A DNA stretch of 64,000 bases from Terrimicrobiaceae bacterium. GTDB taxonomy: Bacteria; Verrucomicrobiota; Verrucomicrobiia; Chthoniobacterales; Terrimicrobiaceae. Below the pieces are notes generated by a model. It was not told the origin of the DNA and ran no database searches. It saw nothing but the letters and a program-made list of their open reading frames with translations. Both the position numbers and the translations under genes were made by a program. The DNA is taken from positions 32,001 through 96,000 of the forward strand of contig JBGSVZ010000035.1 of assembly GCA_041752695.1 (NCBI GenBank), written 5' to 3'. Shown one piece after another: positions 29,232-38,309 of this stretch (its first letter is position 1; the number at the start of each line of letters is the position of its first letter).

Positions 29232-30650
29232 GTGAAAAAAAAAGCAATTGCCGTCATAGTTGGTAACCGTGGTTTTTTTGACGACCGCGTCGTCGAAAAA
29301 GGCCGGCGACTCGTCCTCGATGCCCTCCACGAACTCGGAATTGAGACCGTAATCCTCGAAGAAGGTGTCACCAAAATGGGGGCCGTTGAGACATGGGACG
29401 ATGCAATCAAATGTGCCGAATTCTTCCGTCAGCATCGCGAGCGCATCGCAGGAATTCTTATCACGCTGCCCAATTTCGGAGATGAAAAAGGAATTGCCGA
29501 TACGATACGCCTTTCGGGCCTTGATGTGCCCATCTTAGTCCACGCCTGCCCCGACGATCTCGCCGTTTTTTCCGCACTGGCCGGACGGCGTGATGCCTTT
29601 TGCGGCAAATTTTCCGTCTGTGATGTGCTGCAGCAATACGGCTATCGCTACAGCCTCACCTCCACCCATGTGATGGATCCCTCCAGTCCAGCCTTCCGCA
29701 CAGAACTGGTAAAATTTTCCGCGGTTTGTCGCGTTGTCTCCGGCCTGCGTGGAGCCCGGATAGGAGCGGTCGGCGCGCGACCCGACAGCTTCAAGACGGT
29801 GCGCTATAGCGAAAAACTCTTCGAGCGCAGCGGCATCAGCGTCTCCACCCTCGACATGTCGCAGATTTTTGATCCAGCCCGCAAGCTGACGGACAACGAT
29901 CCGCGGGTCACCTCGCGAGTCTCCGCGATCAGCGACTATGTCCCCTGCCAGTGCGCACCGAAGCCTTCACTAATCCTGATGGCGAAAATGAGTGTCATTC
30001 TGGAGGAGTGGATGGAGGCCAATGCGATCGACGCCACTGCCCTCCAATGCTGGAGCTCCATTCAGGAAAATTACGGAATCAACTCCTGCACTCTGATGAG
30101 CATGATGAGCGACCGGCTACTGCCCAGCGCGTGTGAGGTGGATATTTCCGGAGTCGTGACCATGCTGGCCCTGCAACTTGCATCCGGTCGCCCATCGGCA
30201 TTGGTGGATTGGAATAACAACTACGCCGACGATCCTGATAAGTGCGTATTCTACCACTGCGGCAATTGGGCCAAGAGCCTTCTGGCCAAACCGGAAATGG
30301 TCTCCGCTGAGATCCTCGGTGCGGCCTTCGGCTCCGAAAATTCCTGGGGTGCCCTTGACGGTCGCACTGCCGCCGGACCCTTCACTTACGCGCGCGTCGA
30401 TACGGACGACTTGAATGGCGAGATCAAGGCCTTCTGCGGAAACGGGATGCTGACAGACGATCCTCTTACGGAGATGTCTGGGACAAAAGCCGTGGCGCAC
30501 ATCCCGAACCTACAGTCCCTGTTTCAAAGAATTTGCCGACGTGGGTTCGCTCATCATGCCGCCATAACGACCGGCCACATCAGCGAGGCCCTAAATGAGG
30601 CATGGGGGACGTACTTGGGTTGGAATTCTTTCGAACATTTAAAAGATTAA
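29232..30650 (+). CDS. L-fucose/L-arabinose isomerase (FucI/AraA fold) family protein
   Basis: NFGDE, RRDAFCGK, LQCW, ACEVD, DWNNN, YHCG and C-terminal GFAHH; GTG start. Confidence 0.85.
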   Translation: MKKKAIAVIVGNRGFFDDRVVEKGRRLVLDALHELGIETVILEEGVTKMGAVETWDDAIKCAEFFRQHRERIAGILITLPNFGDEKGIADTIRLSGLDVPILVHACPDDLAVFSALAGRRDAFCGKFSVCDVLQQYGYRYSLTSTHVMDPSSPAFRTELVKFSAVCRVVSGLRGARIGAVGARPDSFKTVRYSEKLFERSGISVSTLDMSQIFDPARKLTDNDPRVTSRVSAISDYVPCQCAPKPSLILMAKMSVILEEWMEANAIDATALQCWSSIQENYGINSCTLMSMMSDRLLPSACEVDISGVVTMLALQLASGRPSALVDWNNNYADDPDKCVFYHCGNWAKSLLAKPEMVSAEILGAAFGSENSWGALDGRTAAGPFTYARVDTDDLNGEIKAFCGNGMLTDDPLTEMSGTKAVAHIPNLQSLFQRICRRGFAHHAAITTGHISEALNEAWGTYLGWNSFEHLKD

Positions 30651-30656
30651 TCCCTC

Positions 30657-31589
30657 ATGATCAAATTACTCGTTACATCGAGCGTGCTAGCGATAGCTTT
30701 TTGCCTCCCGGCCTCCGGCGCATCGGAATACTTGGGATGGACAGTCGGAAAGCCTTACCATTTTGCCGATAAAGGCGCTCCGGGGGGAGAGGCCGGGCAG
30801 GTTGCTTTCGCCACCCCCGGACTCCCCGTAGTGCCACCACAAGCTCTCGGAAAACGCATCGGAGACTACTGGATCGAGATCTCCTGGTGCGCCGATTCGA
30901 CGCACGGGACTGAGGTTGCTTATGCCATCAATGATCAAGCCCCGACCGTGATCGATCAAAAGCAATTTTCGGTTGAAAACGAGGGCCCGCCCAGCGGGGC
31001 TTGGTCAGGATTCAGGGCTCTCGGGAGCTTTGAGCTCAAAGAGGAAAGCGTCCTGAATGTGAGTTCCAAAAGCACCGTTAATTTCCTCGCGGGCAGCCGA
31101 CTCTCGAAACTCGGCGGCATTTTAATAGAACCTTCCGCCATATATCGGAATGGCGATATCGGAAAGTCTCCGACGGACCTTTCTTCGCCGGGGGAGGAAT
31201 CATACTACATTTATATCGTCGGATTGGAACCGGGATATTATGACTTAAATTCCGCCAATCTGACCCCTGGCACTTACAAGGTGGAAATTTCATGGGGCAT
31301 TGACGGCCCGGCCATCGGTGAAGTCCAAGTATCTACCTGGACATATGATCCGGGCACCGCGGGCGGTGAAGTCGTGACCGCAAGCGTTAATAACGGCCAA
31401 TTCAGCGATGGAACGGAAGTCACTGGCGAAATGTCCGGCGAAAATAACAATCGCCAATGGTCGGGCTTTTATGATTTAGGCACCGTCCAGTGGAATCCTA
31501 CCAGCACCCTTTCGTTCAGCTCAGGAAAAAATTTGGTCGGAACCGGCGCCGTCATCCAGTTTACCCCGGTCGAAAACACATTGAAATAA
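30657..31589 (+). CDS. Secreted hypothetical protein with two tandem beta-sandwich (CBM-like) repeats
   Basis: Signal peptide; internal repeat GDYWIEISW...QFS...WSGFRALG and GTYKVEISW...QFS...WSGFYDLG. Confidence 0.7.
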   Translation: MIKLLVTSSVLAIAFCLPASGASEYLGWTVGKPYHFADKGAPGGEAGQVAFATPGLPVVPPQALGKRIGDYWIEISWCADSTHGTEVAYAINDQAPTVIDQKQFSVENEGPPSGAWSGFRALGSFELKEESVLNVSSKSTVNFLAGSRLSKLGGILIEPSAIYRNGDIGKSPTDLSSPGEESYYIYIVGLEPGYYDLNSANLTPGTYKVEISWGIDGPAIGEVQVSTWTYDPGTAGGEVVTASVNNGQFSDGTEVTGEMSGENNNRQWSGFYDLGTVQWNPTSTLSFSSGKNLVGTGAVIQFTPVENTLK

Positions 31590-31635
31590 TTACCAAAATC
31601 TTGAAGACGAGCTTCGTTTCTTCACCCCCTTCCCC

Positions 31636-32682
31636 ATGAACATCCGCCCCCTGCTTGTCGTTACCTCTCTTCTTTTGAGCGTTCTCATCGGATGGGTGAT
31701 ATCCCGCCAAGGCCACGCTAATAGTGCATCCGGTCCGAAACGAATTCTGATCGGGTTGTCGATGGATACTTTGAAAGAAGCTCGCTGGCAGGCCGATCGC
31801 GACTTTTTCACGCAAAAAGCCACCGAACTCGGTGCCGAGGTGCTCGTGCAATCGGCGAACAGCGACGACACGCGGCAGATGCAGGATGTCCAAGCTCTGA
31901 TCAGCCGGAAAGTCGATGTCCTCGTCATCATTCCGCATAACGGCGCGGCTATGGCCAAAGCGGTTGAATTGGCTCACGAAGCAGGGATTCCCGTAATTGC
32001 CTATGACCGCATCATCCAGAATAGTGAACCAGACCTGTACATCACTTTTGACAATGTCAAAGTGGGAGAAATTCAGGCCCAATACCTGGTGGACCATCTG
32101 CCCACGCCGGGGCGCGGTCGTATCGTCCGCATCTACGGTGCCAAAACAGACAATAACGCCCTACTGCTCAAACAAGGGCAGGACAACGTATTGACTCCTT
32201 TAATCGCGGCCGGGGCGATTCAGGTCATCCACGAAGATTGGGCCTCAAACTGGGATCCTCAAAACGCCAAAAAAATCATGAATGCCGCCATCACCGAGCA
32301 AGGCTCCGCCGTTGATGGCATCCTGGTTTCCAATGATGGCACCGCCGGGGGCGTCATTCAGGCTCTGAAAGAGGAAGGATTGGCCGGTAAAATTCTCGTA
32401 ACCGGCCAGGATGCTGATCTCGTCGCCTGCCAGCGCATCGCCGCCGGCCTGCAGACCATGACGGTGTACAAACCCGTTAAAGCTCTGGCTGAAAAGGCTG
32501 CTGAACTTGCGGTCCAACTTGCTCAGGGCCGCCCTCTGATCGCCCGCGACTCTGTCAACAACGGCAAGGTAGACGTGCCCACCGTGCTGCTCGAAGTCAC
32601 CGCCGTTACTCGCGATAATCTTGATACCACCGTCATCGCGGAAGGATTTCACCGTCGCGAAGACGTCTATCCGTCGCGCTGA
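31636..32682 (+). CDS. xylF: D-xylose-type ABC transporter substrate-binding protein
   Basis: RWQADRDFF, VIAYDR, ITFDNVKVG, TDNNA, SNDGTAGG, GQDAD and QTMTVYKP match XylF. Confidence 0.85.
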   Translation: MNIRPLLVVTSLLLSVLIGWVISRQGHANSASGPKRILIGLSMDTLKEARWQADRDFFTQKATELGAEVLVQSANSDDTRQMQDVQALISRKVDVLVIIPHNGAAMAKAVELAHEAGIPVIAYDRIIQNSEPDLYITFDNVKVGEIQAQYLVDHLPTPGRGRIVRIYGAKTDNNALLLKQGQDNVLTPLIAAGAIQVIHEDWASNWDPQNAKKIMNAAITEQGSAVDGILVSNDGTAGGVIQALKEEGLAGKILVTGQDADLVACQRIAAGLQTMTVYKPVKALAEKAAELAVQLAQGRPLIARDSVNNGKVDVPTVLLEVTAVTRDNLDTTVIAEGFHRREDVYPSR

Positions 32683-32710
32683 GGCCGCTACGTAATCGCT
32701 CTCCCCTCGC

Positions 32711-34213
32711 ATGCCTCCCCTCTTGGAACTCCGTAAACTGACGAAGCGCTTCGGCCAAGTGACCGCGCTAAACGAGGTTTCTTTTGATTTGCACGCGGGG
32801 GAAGTGCTGGCTCTGTGCGGAGAAAATGGCGCGGGCAAGTCCACGCTCATTAAATGCCTTACGGGCATTTATCCCACGAGTTCGTGCGACGGTGAAATCG
32901 TCCTCGACGGGCGGCCGGTCCTGTTTCGTTCGCTCCGCGAAGGTGAGCAGACTGGCATCGTGGCTATCCATCAGGAACTTGCGCTCGTCCGGGAAATGAC
33001 CGTGGCAGAAAACATTTTTCTCGGAGCCGAGCCCACTCAACGCGGTTTGGTGGATTGGAATGCGGTCTACTCACGAACGCGCGATCTTTTGAATCGCTTC
33101 AATCTGGAACTCGATCCCTCCACCCGGGTTGAGGAACTCGGGATCGGACAGCAACAACTTGTCGAGATCGCCAAGGCTCTCTCGCGCAAGGCTCGCATTC
33201 TCCTGCTGGATGAGCCCACCGCCGCACTGGCCGAATCCGAGACTGCCCGGCTGCTGGATATCGTGCACGATCTGCGCCGGCGTGGTATTTCTTGCATCTA
33301 CATCTCCCATCGTCTTGAGGAGGTGCTCGCTTTGGCCGATCGGGTCACCGTCCTCCGGGACGGTCGTAGCGTGGCCTCCCTCACGAAACCCACGCGTCCG
33401 GAGATCGTCCGCCACATGGTCGGCCGGGATATCGAGGACTATTTTCCCCGCCGCCGCACCGATCCGGGCGAGGTTCTTCTAAAGGTGGAGAATCTGGCAG
33501 TCGCCCCTGCCCGTGCCTCTGGAAAAAATCTCGAGGGCATCAGCTTCGACGTCCGGCGCGGCGAAGTTTTCGGCATAGGCGGGCTCATGGGTTCGGGCCG
33601 CACTGAGCTGCTCATGCATTTGTTCGGAGCCTATGGGACACGCACGCACGGATCAGTCAGCCTACTCGAAAGTCCCTTTTCACCGCACTCACCCCGTGAG
33701 GCCATTGCGCGGGGACTCGCCCTCGTTTCGGAGGACCGCAAGCGTTCAGGAATCATTCCCGGTCACCCAGTCGGCTTTAACCTTTCTCTTGCCGCGATAA
33801 GCCGCCTCTGCGGTCGATGGATGATCAACGCGAATCTCGAAACTCAGGCAAATCAATCACTAATTGCGCAGTTGCGAGTGCGAACGGACGGCCAGGAAGC
33901 TGCGATCGACTCCCTATCCGGCGGCAACCAACAAAAAGTCCTCGTCGGTCGGGCCCTTCTCACGGAACCCGACCTTATCCTTTTCGACGAACCTACGCGC
34001 GGCGTGGATGTCGGTGCCAAAGTGGAAATTTACGAGATTATCAATTATCTCACCTCCATTGGCAAAGCAGTGCTGCTGGTTTCGAGCGAATTACCGGAAT
34101 TGATGGGCATGAGTGACCAAATTCTCATTCTCGCAAACGGTCGATCCGGCGGCACCTTTCACAGTAACGAAGCGCGGCAGGAAAGTCTGCTTGAAGCCGC
34201 GCTCAGCCAATAA
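32711..34213 (+). CDS. xylG: Sugar (xylose-type) ABC transporter ATP-binding protein, two NBDs
   Basis: GENGAGKSTL, LDEPT, YISH, SEDRK, LSGGNQQKV, DEPTRGVDVGAK and SSELPE. Confidence 0.88.
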   Translation: MPPLLELRKLTKRFGQVTALNEVSFDLHAGEVLALCGENGAGKSTLIKCLTGIYPTSSCDGEIVLDGRPVLFRSLREGEQTGIVAIHQELALVREMTVAENIFLGAEPTQRGLVDWNAVYSRTRDLLNRFNLELDPSTRVEELGIGQQQLVEIAKALSRKARILLLDEPTAALAESETARLLDIVHDLRRRGISCIYISHRLEEVLALADRVTVLRDGRSVASLTKPTRPEIVRHMVGRDIEDYFPRRRTDPGEVLLKVENLAVAPARASGKNLEGISFDVRRGEVFGIGGLMGSGRTELLMHLFGAYGTRTHGSVSLLESPFSPHSPREAIARGLALVSEDRKRSGIIPGHPVGFNLSLAAISRLCGRWMINANLETQANQSLIAQLRVRTDGQEAAIDSLSGGNQQKVLVGRALLTEPDLILFDEPTRGVDVGAKVEIYEIINYLTSIGKAVLLVSSELPELMGMSDQILILANGRSGGTFHSNEARQESLLEAALSQ

Positions 34214-34222
34214 TTTCTCATC

Positions 34223-35362
34223 GTGAAAACCAAACTCTCTCTTCGCGATTTTTCCATGGTTATCGCCCTCGCGGCGATCTGGATATTTTTCGCCAGCCAG
34301 TCCGGGAACTTTCTAAGTGCACGCAATTTGTCGATGCTCGCAGTGGAGCTCGCGATCACGGCCACGCTAGCCCTCGGAATGCTGCTGGTCCTGCTGCCGG
34401 GTCACATCGACTTGTCCGTCGGTAGTGGTGTGGGACTCATCGGCGGGATCGCCGCCGTACTGATTTTTCAATACGCCTGGCCCGCGCCACTTGCTTTGTT
34501 GGCGGGACTCATCGTAGCCCTGGTGCTCTGGGCGCTGATGAGCACACTTATTGTTCGGCAGCGTGTCCCGTCTTTCATTATCACCCTCGGTGGACTGCTG
34601 GTTTTCAAAGGACTTTTTTGGCTTATCATTCAGAACTCTACGGTTCCCGTTGCGCGCGGTAGCGAAGGGAATCTCTATTCCCTGCTCACCACCTATTCGT
34701 TGCCACAGTGGGCGGGCTTCCTGGTCGGAACTTTTATCTGTGGAATACTTGTACTCACGTGGATACGCGACCGTGCAGCACGGCGGCGGCACGGATTTCC
34801 CGTCGAAGATGCTGAAATCTCGTTTCTCAAAACGTTTCTAATAATTCAAGGAATTCTCCTCGTCCTGATCGTGCTTAATAGTTTTCGTGGTGTGCCGCTA
34901 TGCCTCTTGGTTTTAGTCGTTATCGCCGTTTTGATTCATTTACTCACGCGCCATACTCCATTTGGTCGGCACCTGTATGCGATTGGCGGCAACGAAGAAG
35001 CTGCTCACCTTGCGGGCATCCCGGTTGCCCGGGTCATCACAACAGCTTACATTTTGCTCGGCGCCGTCGTCGCCCTCACCGGTTTCATGCAGACTTCGTA
35101 CCAAGGAGCTGCCACTACCACCGTGGGAGAACTGATGGAACTCGACGCCATCGCCGCTTGCGTGATCGGCGGCACCAGTTTGCGCGGAGGTCGCGGCACC
35201 GTAACCGGAGTGCTCTTCGGGGCTCTTATCATGGCCAGCCTACTGAATGGAATGACGCTGCTGGCCGTGCCTCCCGAAATGAAACTAATCGCGCGAGGCA
35301 CTGTTCTAGTGCTCGCCGTCTGGTTGGACACCGCTTTGAACCGCCATAAGATATTCAGATAG
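34223..35362 (+). CDS. xylH: Sugar (xylose-type) ABC transporter permease
   Basis: IDLSVGS, VPSFIITLGG, FGRHLYAIGGNEEAA and ELDAIAACVIGGTS. Confidence 0.88.
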   Translation: MKTKLSLRDFSMVIALAAIWIFFASQSGNFLSARNLSMLAVELAITATLALGMLLVLLPGHIDLSVGSGVGLIGGIAAVLIFQYAWPAPLALLAGLIVALVLWALMSTLIVRQRVPSFIITLGGLLVFKGLFWLIIQNSTVPVARGSEGNLYSLLTTYSLPQWAGFLVGTFICGILVLTWIRDRAARRRHGFPVEDAEISFLKTFLIIQGILLVLIVLNSFRGVPLCLLVLVVIAVLIHLLTRHTPFGRHLYAIGGNEEAAHLAGIPVARVITTAYILLGAVVALTGFMQTSYQGAATTTVGELMELDAIAACVIGGTSLRGGRGTVTGVLFGALIMASLLNGMTLLAVPPEMKLIARGTVLVLAVWLDTALNRHKIFR

Positions 35363-35620
35363 AACGGTAGGAGCGCCAAAGGAATCGTTTCATTTTCAAT
35401 CAACCGGTATGAGCTTGCAGATAGCCAGAATACGAGTCAGAGGCCACGGTCTAAGAGGAGGGTCTCTGACTCTACACTCGACCTCTTCACTTTTTCGGGG
35501 GACTTCCATTTGGCACTTCCCTCGATTGGGACGACATCCTCCACGGAATAGAATAACCGTTCCCTGATCGAAGGACAAAACTGAAAATTCGAGAACAAAG
35601 GTCTGATTTCATTACGAAAG

Positions 35621-36817
35621 ATGCAGAAAATTCCCAAATCGCTTACAAAGCGGGTCGCACTTATTTTTGATGCACGTCTGCCATACGATTCCCAAGTGGT
35701 TCTAGGAGTGGCCGCGTTTGTTCGGGAACGCCGCGACTGGGAAATTTTCATCGAGGAAAATCCGCTCGGAAACCGTCGACTGCCGGACGTTGCCGCATGG
35801 CCCGGCAGCGGCATCATCGCGAACTTTGACCACCCCGGCGTCGAGCGGCAGGTCCGGGCCTCTGGTCTGCCCGTGGTCGGCTTCGGGGGATCTGGCATTG
35901 CACCGGGCTTGAGCTACGTGTCAACCAACAACGAAGCCATCTCCCGACTCGCCGCCCAGCACCTGCTGGAACGCGGTTTTAGGGATTTTGCATTTTTTGG
36001 ATATACTCCAACCTCAAAAAATTGCTGGTCCCTCGCCCGCGAAATGGCTTTCTCCCGCGAAATCGAAGCGGCAAGCGGAACGTGCGACATCCTTCGCCTG
36101 CCTGCCGACGCCATGCTTCACTGGGACCATTTTGTCGAAAACATTCTTCGATGGCTTGGGACCCTGCCGAAGCCGATCGGCATTTTTGCCGCCACCGACC
36201 GCCGAGCCCAATCGCTCCTTGCCGCCTGCCGGATCGGCAGCGTACGCGTTCCCGAAGATGTGGCAGTCATCGGGGTGGACAACGATCCGCTGCTTTGCGA
36301 GTTGAGCTACCCGCCGCTCTCCAGCATCGAGCAGGGCGCACGGGATGTCGGCTACCGCGCAGCAAAACTGCTCCACAGCCTCATGTCCGCCCGAGTCCTT
36401 CGTCCGCGCCAATTTGTGATCGAACCCGTTGGGGTCGTCGCCAGAGCTTCCACCGAAATCCTCGCTGTGGATGACGCAGATGCCGCACGTGCGCTTCAGA
36501 TTATCCGGCAGGGAGCCTGCGAGGGGCTGACCCCGGAGAAGGTATGCCAATTGGTCGGGCGGTCGCGCAGCAGCCTCGAAGCCCGCTTCAGGGAATGTTT
36601 TCATTCCACGCTCGCCGCTAAAATCATGGATACGCGGTTTGATCGCGCCCGTGAGATGGTCATCCACTCAAAATCGCCACTCAAGTCTGTTGCCGATGAG
36701 TGCGGTCTGAGCAGCGTCCAGCACATGACAGCTCTTTTCCGCAAGCGCCTAGGGCATACGCCTGCCGAACTCCGAAAGAACTACCATCCGGAAGCCCAGC
36801 ATCACAAGCTCGTGTAA
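35621..36817 (+). CDS. xylR: XylR-type regulator (periplasmic-binding-protein-like sensor plus C-terminal AraC HTH)
   Basis: WLGTLPKPIGIFA, VPEDVAVIGVDND, LSSI and C-terminal AraC HTH; follows xylFGH as in E. coli. Confidence 0.85.
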   Translation: MQKIPKSLTKRVALIFDARLPYDSQVVLGVAAFVRERRDWEIFIEENPLGNRRLPDVAAWPGSGIIANFDHPGVERQVRASGLPVVGFGGSGIAPGLSYVSTNNEAISRLAAQHLLERGFRDFAFFGYTPTSKNCWSLAREMAFSREIEAASGTCDILRLPADAMLHWDHFVENILRWLGTLPKPIGIFAATDRRAQSLLAACRIGSVRVPEDVAVIGVDNDPLLCELSYPPLSSIEQGARDVGYRAAKLLHSLMSARVLRPRQFVIEPVGVVARASTEILAVDDADAARALQIIRQGACEGLTPEKVCQLVGRSRSSLEARFRECFHSTLAAKIMDTRFDRAREMVIHSKSPLKSVADECGLSSVQHMTALFRKRLGHTPAELRKNYHPEAQHHKLV

Positions 36818-36936
36818 AAGATTTGCAAACTGGTGTAAATGCGGAGTCTTGATCCCCTTCTGGTCCTCGTTGATTGTAAGTAGAAGCCGAAATAAATCGG
36901 CATCGTCTAAATCAACCCCAGCAACAAATATTTCCT

Positions 36937-37995
36937 ATGAAAATCAACGCCAAAAGAATCGCATGCCTTCTCGTGTTTGCCGGATCGGTCGCCGCGCAGG
37001 CGGCGGCCCCAACGCTCGACCAAATGGCTTTCAACCCGCCTTGGGACCGGACTGTACTTGACACGAGCACAACATACACCTCAATCAGTGGCGATGGTGG
37101 CCAGCAAAATCAAGTCTACGCCGCCGGAGCATCGGGCGGACTCGTAGCATGGGGCTTCAATAAAGACTGGAGCCCAGGAGCATGGGGAACCTCACTCGTC
37201 GCTGGCACTGGAACCACTTTCACCGCGCTTACCCGCGATGCGTCCAGGTCCAATATTGTCTTTGGTGCTCTAAGCACTGGCGGGATTGTCCAGTACGAGT
37301 GGGATGTCAATACTTTTGCTTGGAACGCCAACGTGATTGACAACTCCGCCCGCGTTTACTCGTCGCTCACTTACGACAGCACAAATCAAAACAGAATTTA
37401 CGGGGCTTCAAGCGACGGGGTATACGAAGCGATGTATTCCAGTGGCTGGCAGGTGAATTCGCTGACTTCCAATGTTTATACGCAGTTGGCCTCCAACGGG
37501 ACCTCAGAGGGACTAAAGTTTTACGGGCTCAACGCTTCGGGCGGCATTGACCAGATCTATTTCTCCGGCGCATGGCTTGTCTCTACGGTTGATAACACCA
37601 ATACTTACACCACGATTGTCGGTGATGCGGTGGGAACCAATAAGGTTTATGGTGCGCTGAGCGGAGGCGGAATTAACCAAGTTGAATACACCGGCGCTTG
37701 GACTATAAACAATATCGTTGGCTCAGGTGACTACACCGCACTCGCCAACCGCGACCAAACCGCAAATAATATTTACGGTTCAACCACTACGGGAGATTTC
37801 AACGAAATTGCGTTCACCAGCGGATGGTCCTCAACCACACTTTTTACCGGTCAGACCTACGATGCACTGATCTCCGATGGCGCACGTGACCCCGCGATAT
37901 TCGGCACGGCTGTCCCCGAGCCTTCAACCGCATTGTTGGCGTCCCTCGGCCTTGCATCAGTAATGGCCATGCGCCGCCGCTCTCGTACCGTATAA
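36937..37995 (+). CDS. PEP-CTERM surface protein with seven ~42-aa repeats (predicted beta-propeller)
   Basis: Signal peptide; C terminus VPEPSTALLASLGLASVMAMRRRSR; repeats W..Y..L..D..N.IYG..GG I.[QE]..[YF]. Confidence 0.9.
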   Translation: MKINAKRIACLLVFAGSVAAQAAAPTLDQMAFNPPWDRTVLDTSTTYTSISGDGGQQNQVYAAGASGGLVAWGFNKDWSPGAWGTSLVAGTGTTFTALTRDASRSNIVFGALSTGGIVQYEWDVNTFAWNANVIDNSARVYSSLTYDSTNQNRIYGASSDGVYEAMYSSGWQVNSLTSNVYTQLASNGTSEGLKFYGLNASGGIDQIYFSGAWLVSTVDNTNTYTTIVGDAVGTNKVYGALSGGGINQVEYTGAWTINNIVGSGDYTALANRDQTANNIYGSTTTGDFNEIAFTSGWSSTTLFTGQTYDALISDGARDPAIFGTAVPEPSTALLASLGLASVMAMRRRSRTV

Positions 37996-38020
37996 TAAAT
38001 CTAAGCCAAACCGGAACCGG

Positions 38021-38050
38021 ACGGCGGCTCCTCTTGGAGCCGCCGTTTTG
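38021..38050 (+). terminator. Rho-independent terminator
   Basis: ACGGCGGCTCC-TCTT-GGAGCCGCCGT 11-bp stem followed by TTTGTT, 25 nt after the PEP-CTERM stop. Confidence 0.75.
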
Positions 38051-38309
38051 TTAGGATTTTGAAAGCTGGCTCCGTTCAAGCACCGAGAGGCAAGATCGCA
38101 AAAAGCTTTTCCACCATGATGTCAAGTCATGCTCTTGACGAGCTAAGCTCACGCCCAGATATCTTTCAGTACCGACTAATCTCTGTTCCCCCTCAAGGTT
38201 ACCTCAAATCAGCAGCACCAAATCAACCAACTCATGCCGTGTCGTCATAGTCGGAGAAACCGCTTCGATTTTGGTGGCTTTTTTCTCACATATACCCACT
38301 CACGCTCAC

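Noticed and set aside
34827..34840. TCAAAACGTTTCTA resembling the operator
   Set aside because: Inside the xylH coding sequence with mismatched ends.
35434..35472. 12-bp imperfect inverted repeat between xylH and xylR
   Set aside because: Long loop, no adjacent U-tract and no second copy; it cannot be called a terminator or REP element.
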